Virus record (IMG/VR): IMGVR_UViG_3300033067_001518
Span: 1-44,535 of that record
Length of the DNA: 44,535 nucleotides
Direction: 5' to 3' (one strand)
From: a virus
Taxonomy: Duplodnaviria > Caudoviricetes
In this document: piece after piece, positions 36,273-43,987 of the stretch
Numbering within the stretch: the stretch's first letter is position 1
Layout of the letters: each line of letters begins with the position of its first letter
Program-made: the position numbers and the translations under genes
The notes under the pieces: model-generated
Database searches by the model: none
The model's input: the letters and a program-made list of their open reading frames with translations, nothing else
What the model was told of the DNA's origin: nothing

Positions 36273-36508
36273 TGAAATCATTAACTGGAAAGATACTTGG
36301 AGTTTTACTCTTATCATTACTAATTTATGATGTTATTGCCATACAAAAAGGTGGAACTGAAGCTTCAGTTTCTTCTGTAATAATTAACTTTGCATACAGA
36401 ATGCCTATATTTACTTTTTTGTCTGGAATTGTTTGTGGTCATCTTTTTTGGAGAATGAGAACAAATAAAGACACAAAGAAAATAGATGACGAAGGTTCTA
36501 ATAATTAA
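36272..36508 (+). CDS. Two-TM membrane protein
   Basis: TAATG overlap; two hydrophobic segments, GHLFW, charged tail. Confidence 0.7.
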   Translation: MKSLTGKILGVLLLSLLIYDVIAIQKGGTEASVSSVIINFAYRMPIFTFLSGIVCGHLFWRMRTNKDTKKIDDEGSNN

Positions 36509-36598
36509 CTTTGCATTAGTTGTGTATTACTGATTACACACTTCCGTAGCTAATGCTGTCAGCGAGTTCTGGTTCTTTCAAACGTATTTATACGGTGA

Positions 36599-36775
36599 TC
36601 AGGACTCGCTAGATTTTTCTAAAAAATCAACAGTTAGTCCACACCGATATGACAAGCGATCTCTTTCATCTGCATTGTCTTTAACTACGTTTCTCCACTC
36701 ACCAGATTCAACTAGTCTAAACTGTTTGACTTCTTTTCCATCTATCATTATCACTCTAAATTCAGTTTCTAACAT
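36599..36775 (-). CDS. 58-aa hypothetical protein (not in ORF track)
   Basis: GGAG SD; MLETEFRVIMIDGKEVKQFRLVESGEWRN... Confidence 0.55.
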   Translation of the reverse strand: MLETEFRVIMIDGKEVKQFRLVESGEWRNVVKDNADERDRLSYRCGLTVDFLEKSSES

Positions 36776-37400
36776 TAACTACTCCAGTATCATTGAATGG
36801 GTGTTTTTTGTGGTAATAAATTGAGAATGCTTGTGGGATTATTTCTTGGTGTTCTTGCAGCTTTTTAAATCTAAACCCAAGTAATCTACATCCCTCAAGA
36901 AATACCCATTGAAGCTGTATTCCGCTGGTATCTGATAAATCTGGTTTCTTAAAGAATTTCTGAACAGTATATAGTATAGGGTACATTATATACTTTATCT
37001 TTGGAAATGCTGCACAAATCATCAAAGGCCATATTGGGAAGTTTCTTCCAAGGAAGTCTTTGAATTGTATTTTTCCATCTGTGTTGTATATGAAAAAATT
37101 CTTTGCACCATAAGAAAGAACTTCTTTTGGTATGTCTGATATACCTAGTTTTATACAAGCAACTGCAACTCCTAGATAGCAATCCCAGGCCATTTGGTCG
37201 TAATTGTTGCCTTTCCATCTGGCTATAAGTCCTGTCTTTAAATAGTTTTGCCTAACTAGCTTCTTATAGTCCGATGAATCAAATCCCAACAAAACAGCTA
37301 CAGATGTGAATAGGGTTCCATTATCACAAGGTTTATCCTCATGCTTTGGTTGAGGAAGTACCATTCCGTATATATCTAAAAATCTTTCATTAAATTTCAT
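36762..37400 (-). CDS. Hypothetical protein, 212 aa
   Basis: Long ORF; family not recognised. Confidence 0.7.
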   Translation of the reverse strand: MKFNERFLDIYGMVLPQPKHEDKPCDNGTLFTSVAVLLGFDSSDYKKLVRQNYLKTGLIARWKGNNYDQMAWDCYLGVAVACIKLGISDIPKEVLSYGAKNFFIYNTDGKIQFKDFLGRNFPIWPLMICAAFPKIKYIMYPILYTVQKFFKKPDLSDTSGIQLQWVFLEGCRLLGFRFKKLQEHQEIIPQAFSIYYHKKHPFNDTGVVNVRN

Positions 37401-37414
37401 GTATAATATTTAAC

Positions 37415-37669
37415 ATGAGTAAGTTGTTATTTGCAATCTCATGTTTTACTTTGATTGACATCCAAACCGCTGACAAGAATGGTGAGTGTCGTTCTGACTG
37501 TAAGCATATGGGGTATGTTTCTGGTGCTTATTTTCATGACACGTTGACATGCTGGTATGCTGACAGATTGCAATTACAGTTACAAAGTAAAACAAAACAA
37601 ACAAAAAGCGTTCCATTAATTCCTTATAAAAATTCAGAAGATGACACCAAGCTTCCTTGGGAAAATTAA
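37415..37669 (+). CDS. Small Cys-containing exported protein
   Basis: Signal-like N-terminus, CRSDC...TCW; TATAAT 7 nt upstream. Confidence 0.6.
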   Translation: MSKLLFAISCFTLIDIQTADKNGECRSDCKHMGYVSGAYFHDTLTCWYADRLQLQLQSKTKQTKSVPLIPYKNSEDDTKLPWEN

Positions 37670-37875
37670 AAAATAATTTTTAAATGAAATTCACCATCTT
37701 GGTCAATACAAAAACACTTACTTCTTTCCTTGTTTCCATGTTCATAAAAACTTTCCATGCTTCCACATTTTACAGAACAGGTTTTTCTGTTTTCTTCTGT
37801 GACATTAAACCAATAATAAATCATAACAACCAAAGCCAAAGCCACAGAACACAAAAGAAATTTTTCTTCTTTCAT
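37666..37875 (-). CDS. Small membrane-anchored Cys-rich protein
   Basis: N-terminal TM, CSVKC...CFC. Confidence 0.6.
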   Translation of the reverse strand: MKEEKFLLCSVALALVVMIYYWFNVTEENRKTCSVKCGSMESFYEHGNKERSKCFCIDQDGEFHLKIIF

Positions 37876-37879
37876 AATT

Positions 37880-38116
37880 TTATTCATTATTTTCAACAAT
37901 CCTTAAATGATGGTGTGAAAAAGAAAACTTTTTTCCACATTTCTTGCATTCCTGAAAGTCACCACATTTGAAATTTTGTCCATCACAAAACATTGTTTCA
38001 TGCGTTTGTTCACCAAGAAAGACATCACGTGCAATTGTAAAAAGATGTTCTTTGCAATTCAAACAAAATGCTTTTGTTCCTTTTTTAAAATATGGAATTA
38101 ATTCAATGTTCTTCAT
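37880..38116 (-). CDS. Zn-ribbon-like protein
   Basis: CLNC...CKKC. Confidence 0.65.
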   Translation of the reverse strand: MKNIELIPYFKKGTKAFCLNCKEHLFTIARDVFLGEQTHETMFCDGQNFKCGDFQECKKCGKKFSFSHHHLRIVENNE

Positions 38117-38127
38117 AATATTTTCTT

Positions 38128-38313
38128 TCAGCTTTTTATTTCAACAGTCAAAGAATAATTAACTTCACCAAGGTTTGGAATATAATCAACACACATTCCA
38201 TTCTCATACACATACATGGAATATGATTGCATAAGGCTATCCTTCGCTGTGAACCTGTAACAATTCTCCCTCATGGGGCAAGTATCATTTCTGCATTTTG
38301 TGATGTCGGTCAT
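38128..38313 (-). CDS. Small Cys-rich phage protein
   Basis: MTDITKC....CPMRENCYRFTA; GGAG SD. Confidence 0.75.
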   Translation of the reverse strand: MTDITKCRNDTCPMRENCYRFTAKDSLMQSYSMYVYENGMCVDYIPNLGEVNYSLTVEIKS

Positions 38314-38375
38314 AATTTACTCCATTGTGGTGATGTATATGAAAGTTAGTTCGGTTTACTATAGTTTAGTATGGT

Positions 38376-38555
38376 TTAGTGTAGCAATATTTGGGTGTGA
38401 TTTGGCATTAGTAGCTGTTTTTGGTTAAAAGTCTCTCGAAGAATTGGTATTCTAAATCTATTTTTAATTAAATAATTTGTTGTTTCTTCAATAGTAATAT
38501 CTCTTCCTAAATCATCATATATAGCTGTTGTTTGGTAATCATGTCTTATTTCCAT
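38376..38555 (-). CDS. Hypothetical protein
   Basis: Probable start MEIRHDY overlapping upstream gene end. Confidence 0.45.
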   Translation of the reverse strand: MEIRHDYQTTAIYDDLGRDITIEETTNYLIKNRFRIPILRETFNQKQLLMPNHTQILLH

Positions 38556-38745
38556 CCTCATCTTTTGATAAATCAAGAACATCACAATATAGTTTAAATT
38601 TTCTTGGGTAAACACTTGTGTCATTTGGGTCAAACAATGATACAACCCGTCCACCTTTATGAATCGTTAAGTTTCCTATATGGGTGTCGTCGGTCATTAC
38701 AAATGTTTCGCCTTTTAATATTATTATTGAATCAAATCTTATCAT
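38539..38745 (-). CDS. Hypothetical protein
   Basis: GAGGTG SD, ATGA overlap. Confidence 0.65.
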   Translation of the reverse strand: MIRFDSIIILKGETFVMTDDTHIGNLTIHKGGRVVSLFDPNDTSVYPRKFKLYCDVLDLSKDEDGNKT

Positions 38746-39092
38746 TCACTCACCTCTTTCTTCTGTGGGGATAGGGCTTCTTTTGCAGAATCAATTCTAA
38801 TCTCACAATGTGGGCATTTATGTACGCTATAATGAGCAATCATGTTATCTAAAACATACTTCATCGCCTCTCTGAACCTTTTATTCTCATCCTTCAGGGA
38901 TTGGATTTGATGAAACCTACCATCTGATAAATGAGTCAACCTATCAATCTCAGGCTGCAATATTCCCGTTACGAATGAAGCTCCTTTTTTAAAAGCGTTT
39001 TTTGCTGTAAAAGATGAGTCTATATAGGTGTCTCTAATTACTGAGTCTTTGTTCGCCTCTAAATCAATTTTCTTCTGTAGATCGGGGGTCAT
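38742..39092 (-). CDS. Hypothetical protein
   Basis: GAGG SD; AFKKGA, coiled coil, CPHC. Confidence 0.7.
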   Translation of the reverse strand: MTPDLQKKIDLEANKDSVIRDTYIDSSFTAKNAFKKGASFVTGILQPEIDRLTHLSDGRFHQIQSLKDENKRFREAMKYVLDNMIAHYSVHKCPHCEIRIDSAKEALSPQKKEVSE

Positions 39093-39137
39093 AAAATTTC
39101 CTCAACAGTAATAATTACTTTTTTCATTTTAACTCCG

Positions 39138-39233
39138 TTAATTAATATATTTATAAATTATCAATACAATTATAACCGCAAAAACCACTCCACCCCATGG
39201 CTGAGGTTCTTCATCATCATAGGGATCATTCAT
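39138..39233 (-). CDS. 31-aa single-TM peptide (not in ORF track)
   Basis: MNDPYDDEEPQPWGGVVFAVIIVLIIYKYIN, overlapping upstream stop. Confidence 0.55.
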   Translation of the reverse strand: MNDPYDDEEPQPWGGVVFAVIIVLIIYKYIN

Positions 39234-39945
39234 CTTTACACCATAGTCCACATTCCATATCTGGTTCTTTCATCTTATGCCCAGACTTAGAATCAAGCTC
39301 ATCTAAATAGGTTCGCTTACCTTTTACTTTTAAAATTGTTCTTTCAAGTGACCTCTCTAGTTTTCCCATCTTTAAAAATACATCTGGAAAATCTACCCTT
39401 ATTTTATTCCAATACCCTGCTCCACCCTTTACACACCCAATGCAATTATTGTTTTTGTAACCAAGTTTATACATCATTGGTAATTCAATCCCTGCTTTTT
39501 TAAGTTCAATAAAACAATCATTTTTAGAGAGAGAGAGAGCAATTAATGGAGTTTCAAGATTAACTTCTGGGTTTTGAGAAATAAATCTATCCGCTCTATG
39601 TTTTTCTTCGCTGGTAAATCCAAATATCTGAACGTCACTTAGTTTCTGAAACTTCTGCCTAACCATCTTTTTCATTTCGGTGGTGCATCTAGCTCCTTTA
39701 ACGCCAACCAAGTATTTTGTTTTCTCCCAGACTTCCCAACAATCTTTAAACTTATCAGAGCGTAATCTTAAAATTGGTACGCCAAACCACTTCTCACAAT
39801 CCTGTAAAAATCTTTCATTATCTTTATGCTCGTTTTCAACAACACAACAAGCGACAATTACTTGATCACCATATTTCTCAATCGTCTTTTTAGTAGCTAC
39901 TGCGGAAGCTGCACCACAAGAAAACCAGCAAACTATTCTATTCAT
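39226..39945 (-). CDS. PAPS-reductase-like (PP-loop) phage protein
   Basis: VCWFSCGAASAVA, GARCTTEMK, YKLGYKNNNCIGCVKGGAGYW; GAGGAGG SD. Confidence 0.85.
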   Translation of the reverse strand: MNRIVCWFSCGAASAVATKKTIEKYGDQVIVACCVVENEHKDNERFLQDCEKWFGVPILRLRSDKFKDCWEVWEKTKYLVGVKGARCTTEMKKMVRQKFQKLSDVQIFGFTSEEKHRADRFISQNPEVNLETPLIALSLSKNDCFIELKKAGIELPMMYKLGYKNNNCIGCVKGGAGYWNKIRVDFPDVFLKMGKLERSLERTILKVKGKRTYLDELDSKSGHKMKEPDMECGLWCKDE

Positions 39946-40001
39946 TACGTCCTCCTCAGCATCTTAAACGATGCTTATTATGTTGTTTAATGCATAAAAT
40001 T

Positions 40002-40262
40002 TTATAGTGCCCTCGACCCCGACCACGACCTCGACACCGACCACGACCTCGACCCCGACCACGACCCCGACCACGACCCCGACCACGACCCCGACCACGA
40101 CCACGACCACGACCACGACCTCGACCTCGACCTCGACCTCGACCCCGACCACGACCTCGACCACGACCTCGACCTCGACCTCGACCTCGACCCCGACCAC
40201 GACCACGACCTCGACCACGACCTCGACCCATCAAAGCCAGCTCTTAGTATTGCCTGATTCAT
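40002..40262 (-). CDS. Ser-X (SR/SW/SG) dipeptide-repeat protein, 86 aa
   Basis: ATG 40262 overlaps upstream TGA (ATGA); MNQAILRAGFDG then 36 SX units. Confidence 0.7.
   Translation of the reverse strand: MNQAILRAGFDGSRSWSRSWSWSGSRSRSRSRSWSRSWSGSRSRSRSRSWSWSWSWSGSWSGSWSGSWSGSRSWSVSRSWSGSRAL
40011..40226 (-). repeat. 36 tandem hexamers TCG-NGG
   Basis: 14 TCGAGG, 14 TCGTGG, 7 TCGGGG, 1 TCGGTG. Confidence 0.97.
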
Positions 40263-40591
40263 TTTTGTGATCTCGGAAGTTCGTGCGACCAAATTGTTGC
40301 ATCGACGATTGACCCTCGTCCTATGATCACATCATCTTGAAAGGGTTCTACTTCATTTAATTTTCCAGTTTTAATTGCATCCATAAATCTTCCAGTGTCA
40401 GCAATCCATGCTGCATTTTCTAGAACAATTTCTTTAGAGGTAACTTTAATTAATTTACCTGTATAAAATAAGGTCACTGTTCTGATAAAATAATTCTTAC
40501 CTATCTGGTAAGGGTGTGATTCTCCACTTCCTTTTAAAAGTGATTGAACGTGCTTAATTTCTTTTACCGTCATGTTATCTATATCAACCAT
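40259..40591 (-). CDS. Small beta-barrel (SH3/Sm-like) protein
   Basis: IGKNYFIRTVTLFYTGKLIKV...IVLENAAWIADTGRF...IIGRGSIVDA; AAGGA SD before ATG 40591; fold is inferred. Confidence 0.75.
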   Translation of the reverse strand: MVDIDNMTVKEIKHVQSLLKGSGESHPYQIGKNYFIRTVTLFYTGKLIKVTSKEIVLENAAWIADTGRFMDAIKTGKLNEVEPFQDDVIIGRGSIVDATIWSHELPRSQK

Positions 40592-40615
40592 ATTTCCTTC
40601 TTTCGTTTTGTTATA

Positions 40616-40672
40616 AAACCCCACCACCCGTAACCAAATCATATAGGTATATGTTTGAGGCGGTGGGGCTTC
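40616..40672 (-). promoter_or_regulatory. Long leader hairpin with U tail
   Basis: Minus strand GCCCCACCGCCU-CAAACAUAUA-CC-UAUAUGAUUUG-GUUAC-GGGUGGUGGGGU-UUU. Confidence 0.65.
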
Positions 40673-40695
40673 GCACCCTTGTTAGGACAATGATG

Positions 40696-40899
40696 CTAAC
40701 TTTGCTCGGCTAACTGCCTTTTATATTCTTGTCTATCGCGAGATTTGAGAATATTCAATGCGTTTTCAAAGTTGATGCACATAATGTTTGCGCAGCATTC
40801 TTCGTAGTCATCTGTATACATTGTTTTGATGTGGGTAATCACTAACTGGTGTTTGCATTTTGAACATGTCATGCTTGATGATTGTTTTCTGATAATCAT
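40696..40899 (-). CDS. Small Zn-ribbon-like protein
   Basis: CSKC...CCANIMC. Confidence 0.55.
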   Translation of the reverse strand: MIIRKQSSSMTCSKCKHQLVITHIKTMYTDDYEECCANIMCINFENALNILKSRDRQEYKRQLAEQS

Positions 40900-40901
40900 A
40901 T

Positions 40902-41093
40902 CTAGTCTCTGTCTCTATCTTTGTAGCGATCATAAGCATCGCTGGCTTCGTCTTCAAAAGTATTGTATCCGCAAACAAGGCAGTAGAAGTCGTCTACATC
41001 GTCATGATCACAACAATCACAGCATATTTCATCGTCGGTGGAATCTCCGAGTGGTTGTTTGCATTCTGTGCATACAGATGGTTTATTTTTCAT
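40902..41093 (-). CDS. Small Cys/Asp-rich protein
   Basis: CTEC, CCDCC, CLVC. Confidence 0.65.
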   Translation of the reverse strand: MKNKPSVCTECKQPLGDSTDDEICCDCCDHDDVDDFYCLVCGYNTFEDEASDAYDRYKDRDRD

Positions 41094-41424
41094 ATCCAGT
41101 TCCTTTGCAGTGTTGGCATTTTATTTTTATTTGTTTTTTTATTTCTATTGGTAGATTTTTTGTAACATCCCAAAGTATTACCTGTTGATCTGTAACGTTG
41201 CACTTCTTTTCTCCTATCTCTACAACAACTCCAGAAGCTCTAAGCTCAGTCAATCTTGCACTTACGTTTCCAGCATATCCAATGAAGGATATATTTCTTG
41301 CTATCTCACTCCTGGTTAATGGACCGTTTTTATATAATTCTGAATACACTTCAAATCTTCTCTTACTCAAAAGACCTTCTGATTCAATCTTTATGTATGT
41401 ATCAATACTAGTTTGTCTTATCAT
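41083..41424 (-). CDS. Winged-helix DNA-binding protein with C-terminal CxxCxGxG
   Basis: GPLTRSEIA...NVSARLTELRASGVV; GGAG SD. Confidence 0.8.
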   Translation of the reverse strand: MIRQTSIDTYIKIESEGLLSKRRFEVYSELYKNGPLTRSEIARNISFIGYAGNVSARLTELRASGVVVEIGEKKCNVTDQQVILWDVTKNLPIEIKKQIKIKCQHCKGTGYEK

Positions 41425-41713
41425 TTTTATCTCCCAAGTCTTGATGTGCGCGTACTATTTTATATCCAAACCACTCAGCAAGCTCATGTATGTTTTGTGT
41501 CATGTATAGATCTGGTGCAATTATTTCTCTTGGCGATAGTTCGCTCATTGCATCTATATACCACTCACATGCGAGTTCTTTTACTTCTTTGCGTTGGGTG
41601 AATCCATAGACCATATCAGTGAAGTTATCGTAGATTATAAATTCTCCGTTTTTTTCAAGAGCTATTGATGGGTAATCAAATTCATCGACTACCATGATGT
41701 CTAAATTTTTCAC
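41408..41713 (-). CDS. Acidic hypothetical protein
   Basis: AGGAGG SD, GTG start. Confidence 0.7.
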   Translation of the reverse strand: MKNLDIMVVDEFDYPSIALEKNGEFIIYDNFTDMVYGFTQRKEVKELACEWYIDAMSELSPREIIAPDLYMTQNIHELAEWFGYKIVRAHQDLGDKNDKTN

Positions 41714-41755
41714 TAGTCTTACCTCCTAAAGTAAGTCTTTGACGTACGCGAGGAA

Positions 41756-41989
41756 CTAATAGTTCCCAGTATTACTGTTTTGGTAATATGGATCGTTTGG
41801 TGAGTGTTGGTATCCGTTTGGCAGTGTCGGAGCCTGTTGAATCACAATCGGCTGTGGAGCATCTTGAATATATGAATTATTATTTTGTATGCCCGAATAT
41901 TCGCAATTCATTCCACCACCTGCAGTGGCGTAGCATGATGCATGTGCTTTTGCGCCTAATAATAAGATCAATAGTGCTATCGTTTTCAT
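41756..41989 (-). CDS. Small exported protein
   Basis: MKTIALLILLLGAKAHA signal, Cys pair, AAGGA SD. Confidence 0.7.
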   Translation of the reverse strand: MKTIALLILLLGAKAHASCYATAGGGMNCEYSGIQNNNSYIQDAPQPIVIQQAPTLPNGYQHSPNDPYYQNSNTGNY

Positions 41990-42052
41990 ATCGTTCCTTT
42001 CGTTTGTTTATATCGCTCTCTTCTTTCTTAAAAAAGTTCTTTTTTCTGTCTA

Positions 42053-42673
42053 TTATTTTTGGCATATATTACCCATAACTAAATTCTGAATATTATTTAA
42101 AACACTTACACTTTCATATTCTGTTAAATATCTAGCAGTGGCTGACACATCACGATGTCCTAACATAGTTTTTACTTGCATGATATTATTATTTGCAGCG
42201 AATGCGCGGAAAGCCAACGAGTGTCTTGCGCTGTGGATACTATATTTAATATCCCCAAACAATTCCAGCTGGAGATTGTTAAAATATATTCTTAGTACCT
42301 TATAGGCTGTTCTATGATTCATAGAAGACTCATTTATCAATCTCGCGATGTCTTTTTTTTCAGCTCTTAATCTAGCCCTTAAGTCTTTGAACGCGCGAAG
42401 TAGTTTTGATGGCATTGGAATCCACCTACTCACTCCACGCTTTGATGCAATTACATGGATCGTTGCCGTCTCAACTCCATTTGATTCAATGATATTCATG
42501 GATTTGTGTGTTATCTTTATAATTTCATTTGACCTTGCGCCAGTTAACACTATTAATAATATCGTCAATGCCGTGGCATCGTGGCGCAAAAAAAGCGCGT
42601 CTATTAGTTGCCTGTAGTCTGATTCATTTATATTTTTCAGCATGTTAAGCATATCCTTAATAATTAGTTGCAT
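42053..42673 (-). CDS. Tyrosine recombinase, catalytic domain only (start may be 42652 or 42643)
   Basis: TGARSNE (R), SK (K), HSARH, LGH, TARY catalytic residues. Confidence 0.88.
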   Translation of the reverse strand: MQLIIKDMLNMLKNINESDYRQLIDALFLRHDATALTILLIVLTGARSNEIIKITHKSMNIIESNGVETATIHVIASKRGVSRWIPMPSKLLRAFKDLRARLRAEKKDIARLINESSMNHRTAYKVLRIYFNNLQLELFGDIKYSIHSARHSLAFRAFAANNNIMQVKTMLGHRDVSATARYLTEYESVSVLNNIQNLVMGNICQK

Positions 42674-42692
42674 CTAATAGCCTAGATGCAAC
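42667..42692. promoter_or_regulatory. Perfect 10-6-10 inverted repeat; candidate recombination site or operator
   Basis: GTTGCATCTA-ATAGCC-TAGATGCAAC. Confidence 0.6.
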
Positions 42693-42783
42693 CATATTTT
42701 TCAAAACACTTGAGGCGCGGCTATACGTCGAACCCTCATGGTAACATTCAAGCGGTACTTATAGACTTGAATGAGTGAAAAAA

Positions 42784-42882
42784 CTATTCATTCCGTACAA
42801 ACTCCAGTAACTCTAAAAAAGTGACCAGACCTAAATTGTATGCATATAGCATGTTGAAGATTCTGGGGTTTTGGGGTTTCAT
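42784..42882 (-). CDS. 32-aa peptide (not in ORF track)
   Basis: GAGG SD; MKPQNPRIFNMLYAYNLGLVTFLELLEFVRNE. Confidence 0.5.
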   Translation of the reverse strand: MKPQNPRIFNMLYAYNLGLVTFLELLEFVRNE

Positions 42883-42883
42883 A

Positions 42884-43111
42884 TCAACCTCTTTCGTTTA
42901 ATAAACTTCTTACTTTACGCTTACACTGTTCAAGAGACCAGCCATTGAATACCTCAACGTATTCAGTTGATCCGCCGTTTTGGTACATTGTCACATCATA
43001 TACTCGGTGTTTTCCACCGCTTAAGTCAACCTTAATGGAATATTTAGTAGACACATCACGTAACCAGGTAGTTTTGTTTTTAGTTATATATTTAAAATTT
43101 AAGCGTCTCAT
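42884..43111 (-). CDS. Hypothetical early protein
   Basis: GAGGG SD, TAA-T-ATG junction. Confidence 0.7.
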   Translation of the reverse strand: MRRLNFKYITKNKTTWLRDVSTKYSIKVDLSGGKHRVYDVTMYQNGGSTEYVEVFNGWSLEQCKRKVRSLLNERG

Positions 43112-43112
43112 A

Positions 43113-43304
43113 TTAAACCCTCTCAATCCTAATCGGTTTTTCTTGGGATATTTTTTCGACTATCTCTAAAAATGTTTGAACATCCTCTACCGTAAAAACA
43201 TCGTCAATATCGGATCTAGTATACTGAATTAAGGTATCCGCTGGGATTGCAAAGGTACTATAATTTGTTTCACATAGTGGTTTCCATTTAATTGTAATAT
43301 TCAT
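43113..43304 (-). CDS. Hypothetical early protein
   Basis: GAGGG SD, ATGA overlap. Confidence 0.65.
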   Translation of the reverse strand: MNITIKWKPLCETNYSTFAIPADTLIQYTRSDIDDVFTVEDVQTFLEIVEKISQEKPIRIERV

Positions 43305-43447
43305 ATTACTTTACCCTCACGATGAAGTTTAAAACTAATCTCCTCTAGATCATTTAATGATTTTTTTAATAGCTCATCTAAAGTGTATTTATTAGTTTGT
43401 TTTAAGATCAAATTAGCAACATATAACTTAGCTTTTTTAATATTCAT
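43301..43447 (-). CDS. 48-aa early protein (not in ORF track)
   Basis: AGGAG SD; MNIKKAKLYVANLILKQTNKYTLDELLKK... Confidence 0.65.
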   Translation of the reverse strand: MNIKKAKLYVANLILKQTNKYTLDELLKKSLNDLEEISFKLHREGKVI

Positions 43448-43448
43448 A

Positions 43449-43823
43449 TTATTTTTCTCCTCTTAATAATGTTTCAATCGCTTTTTTGGCTGTACTACTT
43501 GACTTATACGATTGAAACTCGCCTAGCGTTTCAATGTGGTAAATATATCCGAAAAACTTAGTAGACTTTTTACGAGTTACAGAACGAATAGAATATAGTC
43601 GTGGAGACTCCGAACTAAACTTCTCGCTAGTAATGAAGTACGCTGTAACTCCATCCCCTCTGAAATAGTCAACGACTTTAGACTTGAAAAATTGCATAGT
43701 ACCTGGATCGAAGTAGTGACCTGAACTGGTATATTCATAGTCTCGAATCAAGTCGTCTATGTGATATATTGTGGGGGCAGATTTTTCGCCTAGTTTAGTT
43801 TTGTATGTTTTGGTTTGTAGCAT
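43449..43823 (-). CDS. Conserved phage early protein
   Basis: HYFDPGTMQFFKSKV...YFITSE...RLYSIR; AGGAGG SD. Confidence 0.75.
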   Translation of the reverse strand: MLQTKTYKTKLGEKSAPTIYHIDDLIRDYEYTSSGHYFDPGTMQFFKSKVVDYFRGDGVTAYFITSEKFSSESPRLYSIRSVTRKKSTKFFGYIYHIETLGEFQSYKSSSTAKKAIETLLRGEK

Positions 43824-43824
43824 A

Positions 43825-43986
43825 TTATTTTCCTCCTTTAAGCATATTAAGAATATTTTTCAATCTTCTATATTCATCCTCAAGCGCATCAGCTTCACTA
43901 GGTATGAAAACACCATCTATCCTAAATAAAATGGCAGCTAGTTTTGTTTCATATTCTGCAATTAGTTCACTATTATAATTTTTCAT
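43825..43986 (-). CDS. 53-aa early protein
   Basis: Start ATG 43986 at TAA-T-ATG junction. Confidence 0.65.
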   Translation of the reverse strand: MKNYNSELIAEYETKLAAILFRIDGVFIPSEADALEDEYRRLKNILNMLKGGK

Positions 43987-43987
43987 A

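Noticed and set aside
39089-39127. 12-codon ORF MKKVIITVEEIL with GGAG SD
   Set aside because: Too short to support; probably a remnant or coupling leader for 38742..39092
39226-39945. Auxiliary sulfur metabolism (cysH) or DNA phosphorothioation system
   Set aside because: Lone PP-loop protein of a common phage type with no dnd or cys partner genes
40011-40226. CRISPR or mini-array
   Set aside because: Contiguous 6-nt units with no spacers and no cas genes
40007-40270. Plus-strand Pro/Thr/Ser ORF and minus-strand Val/Glu ORF over the array
   Set aside because: Open only because the repeat has no stops; no SD or coupling, and the plus-strand one opposes the operon
602-43169. Shadow ORFs in the track (e.g. 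602..931, 4321..4746, 5129..5695, 9932..10270, 12700..12930, 17582..18118, 32030..32368, 41880..42065)
   Set aside because: Antisense or out-of-frame overlaps of better-supported genes, with no recognisable motifs
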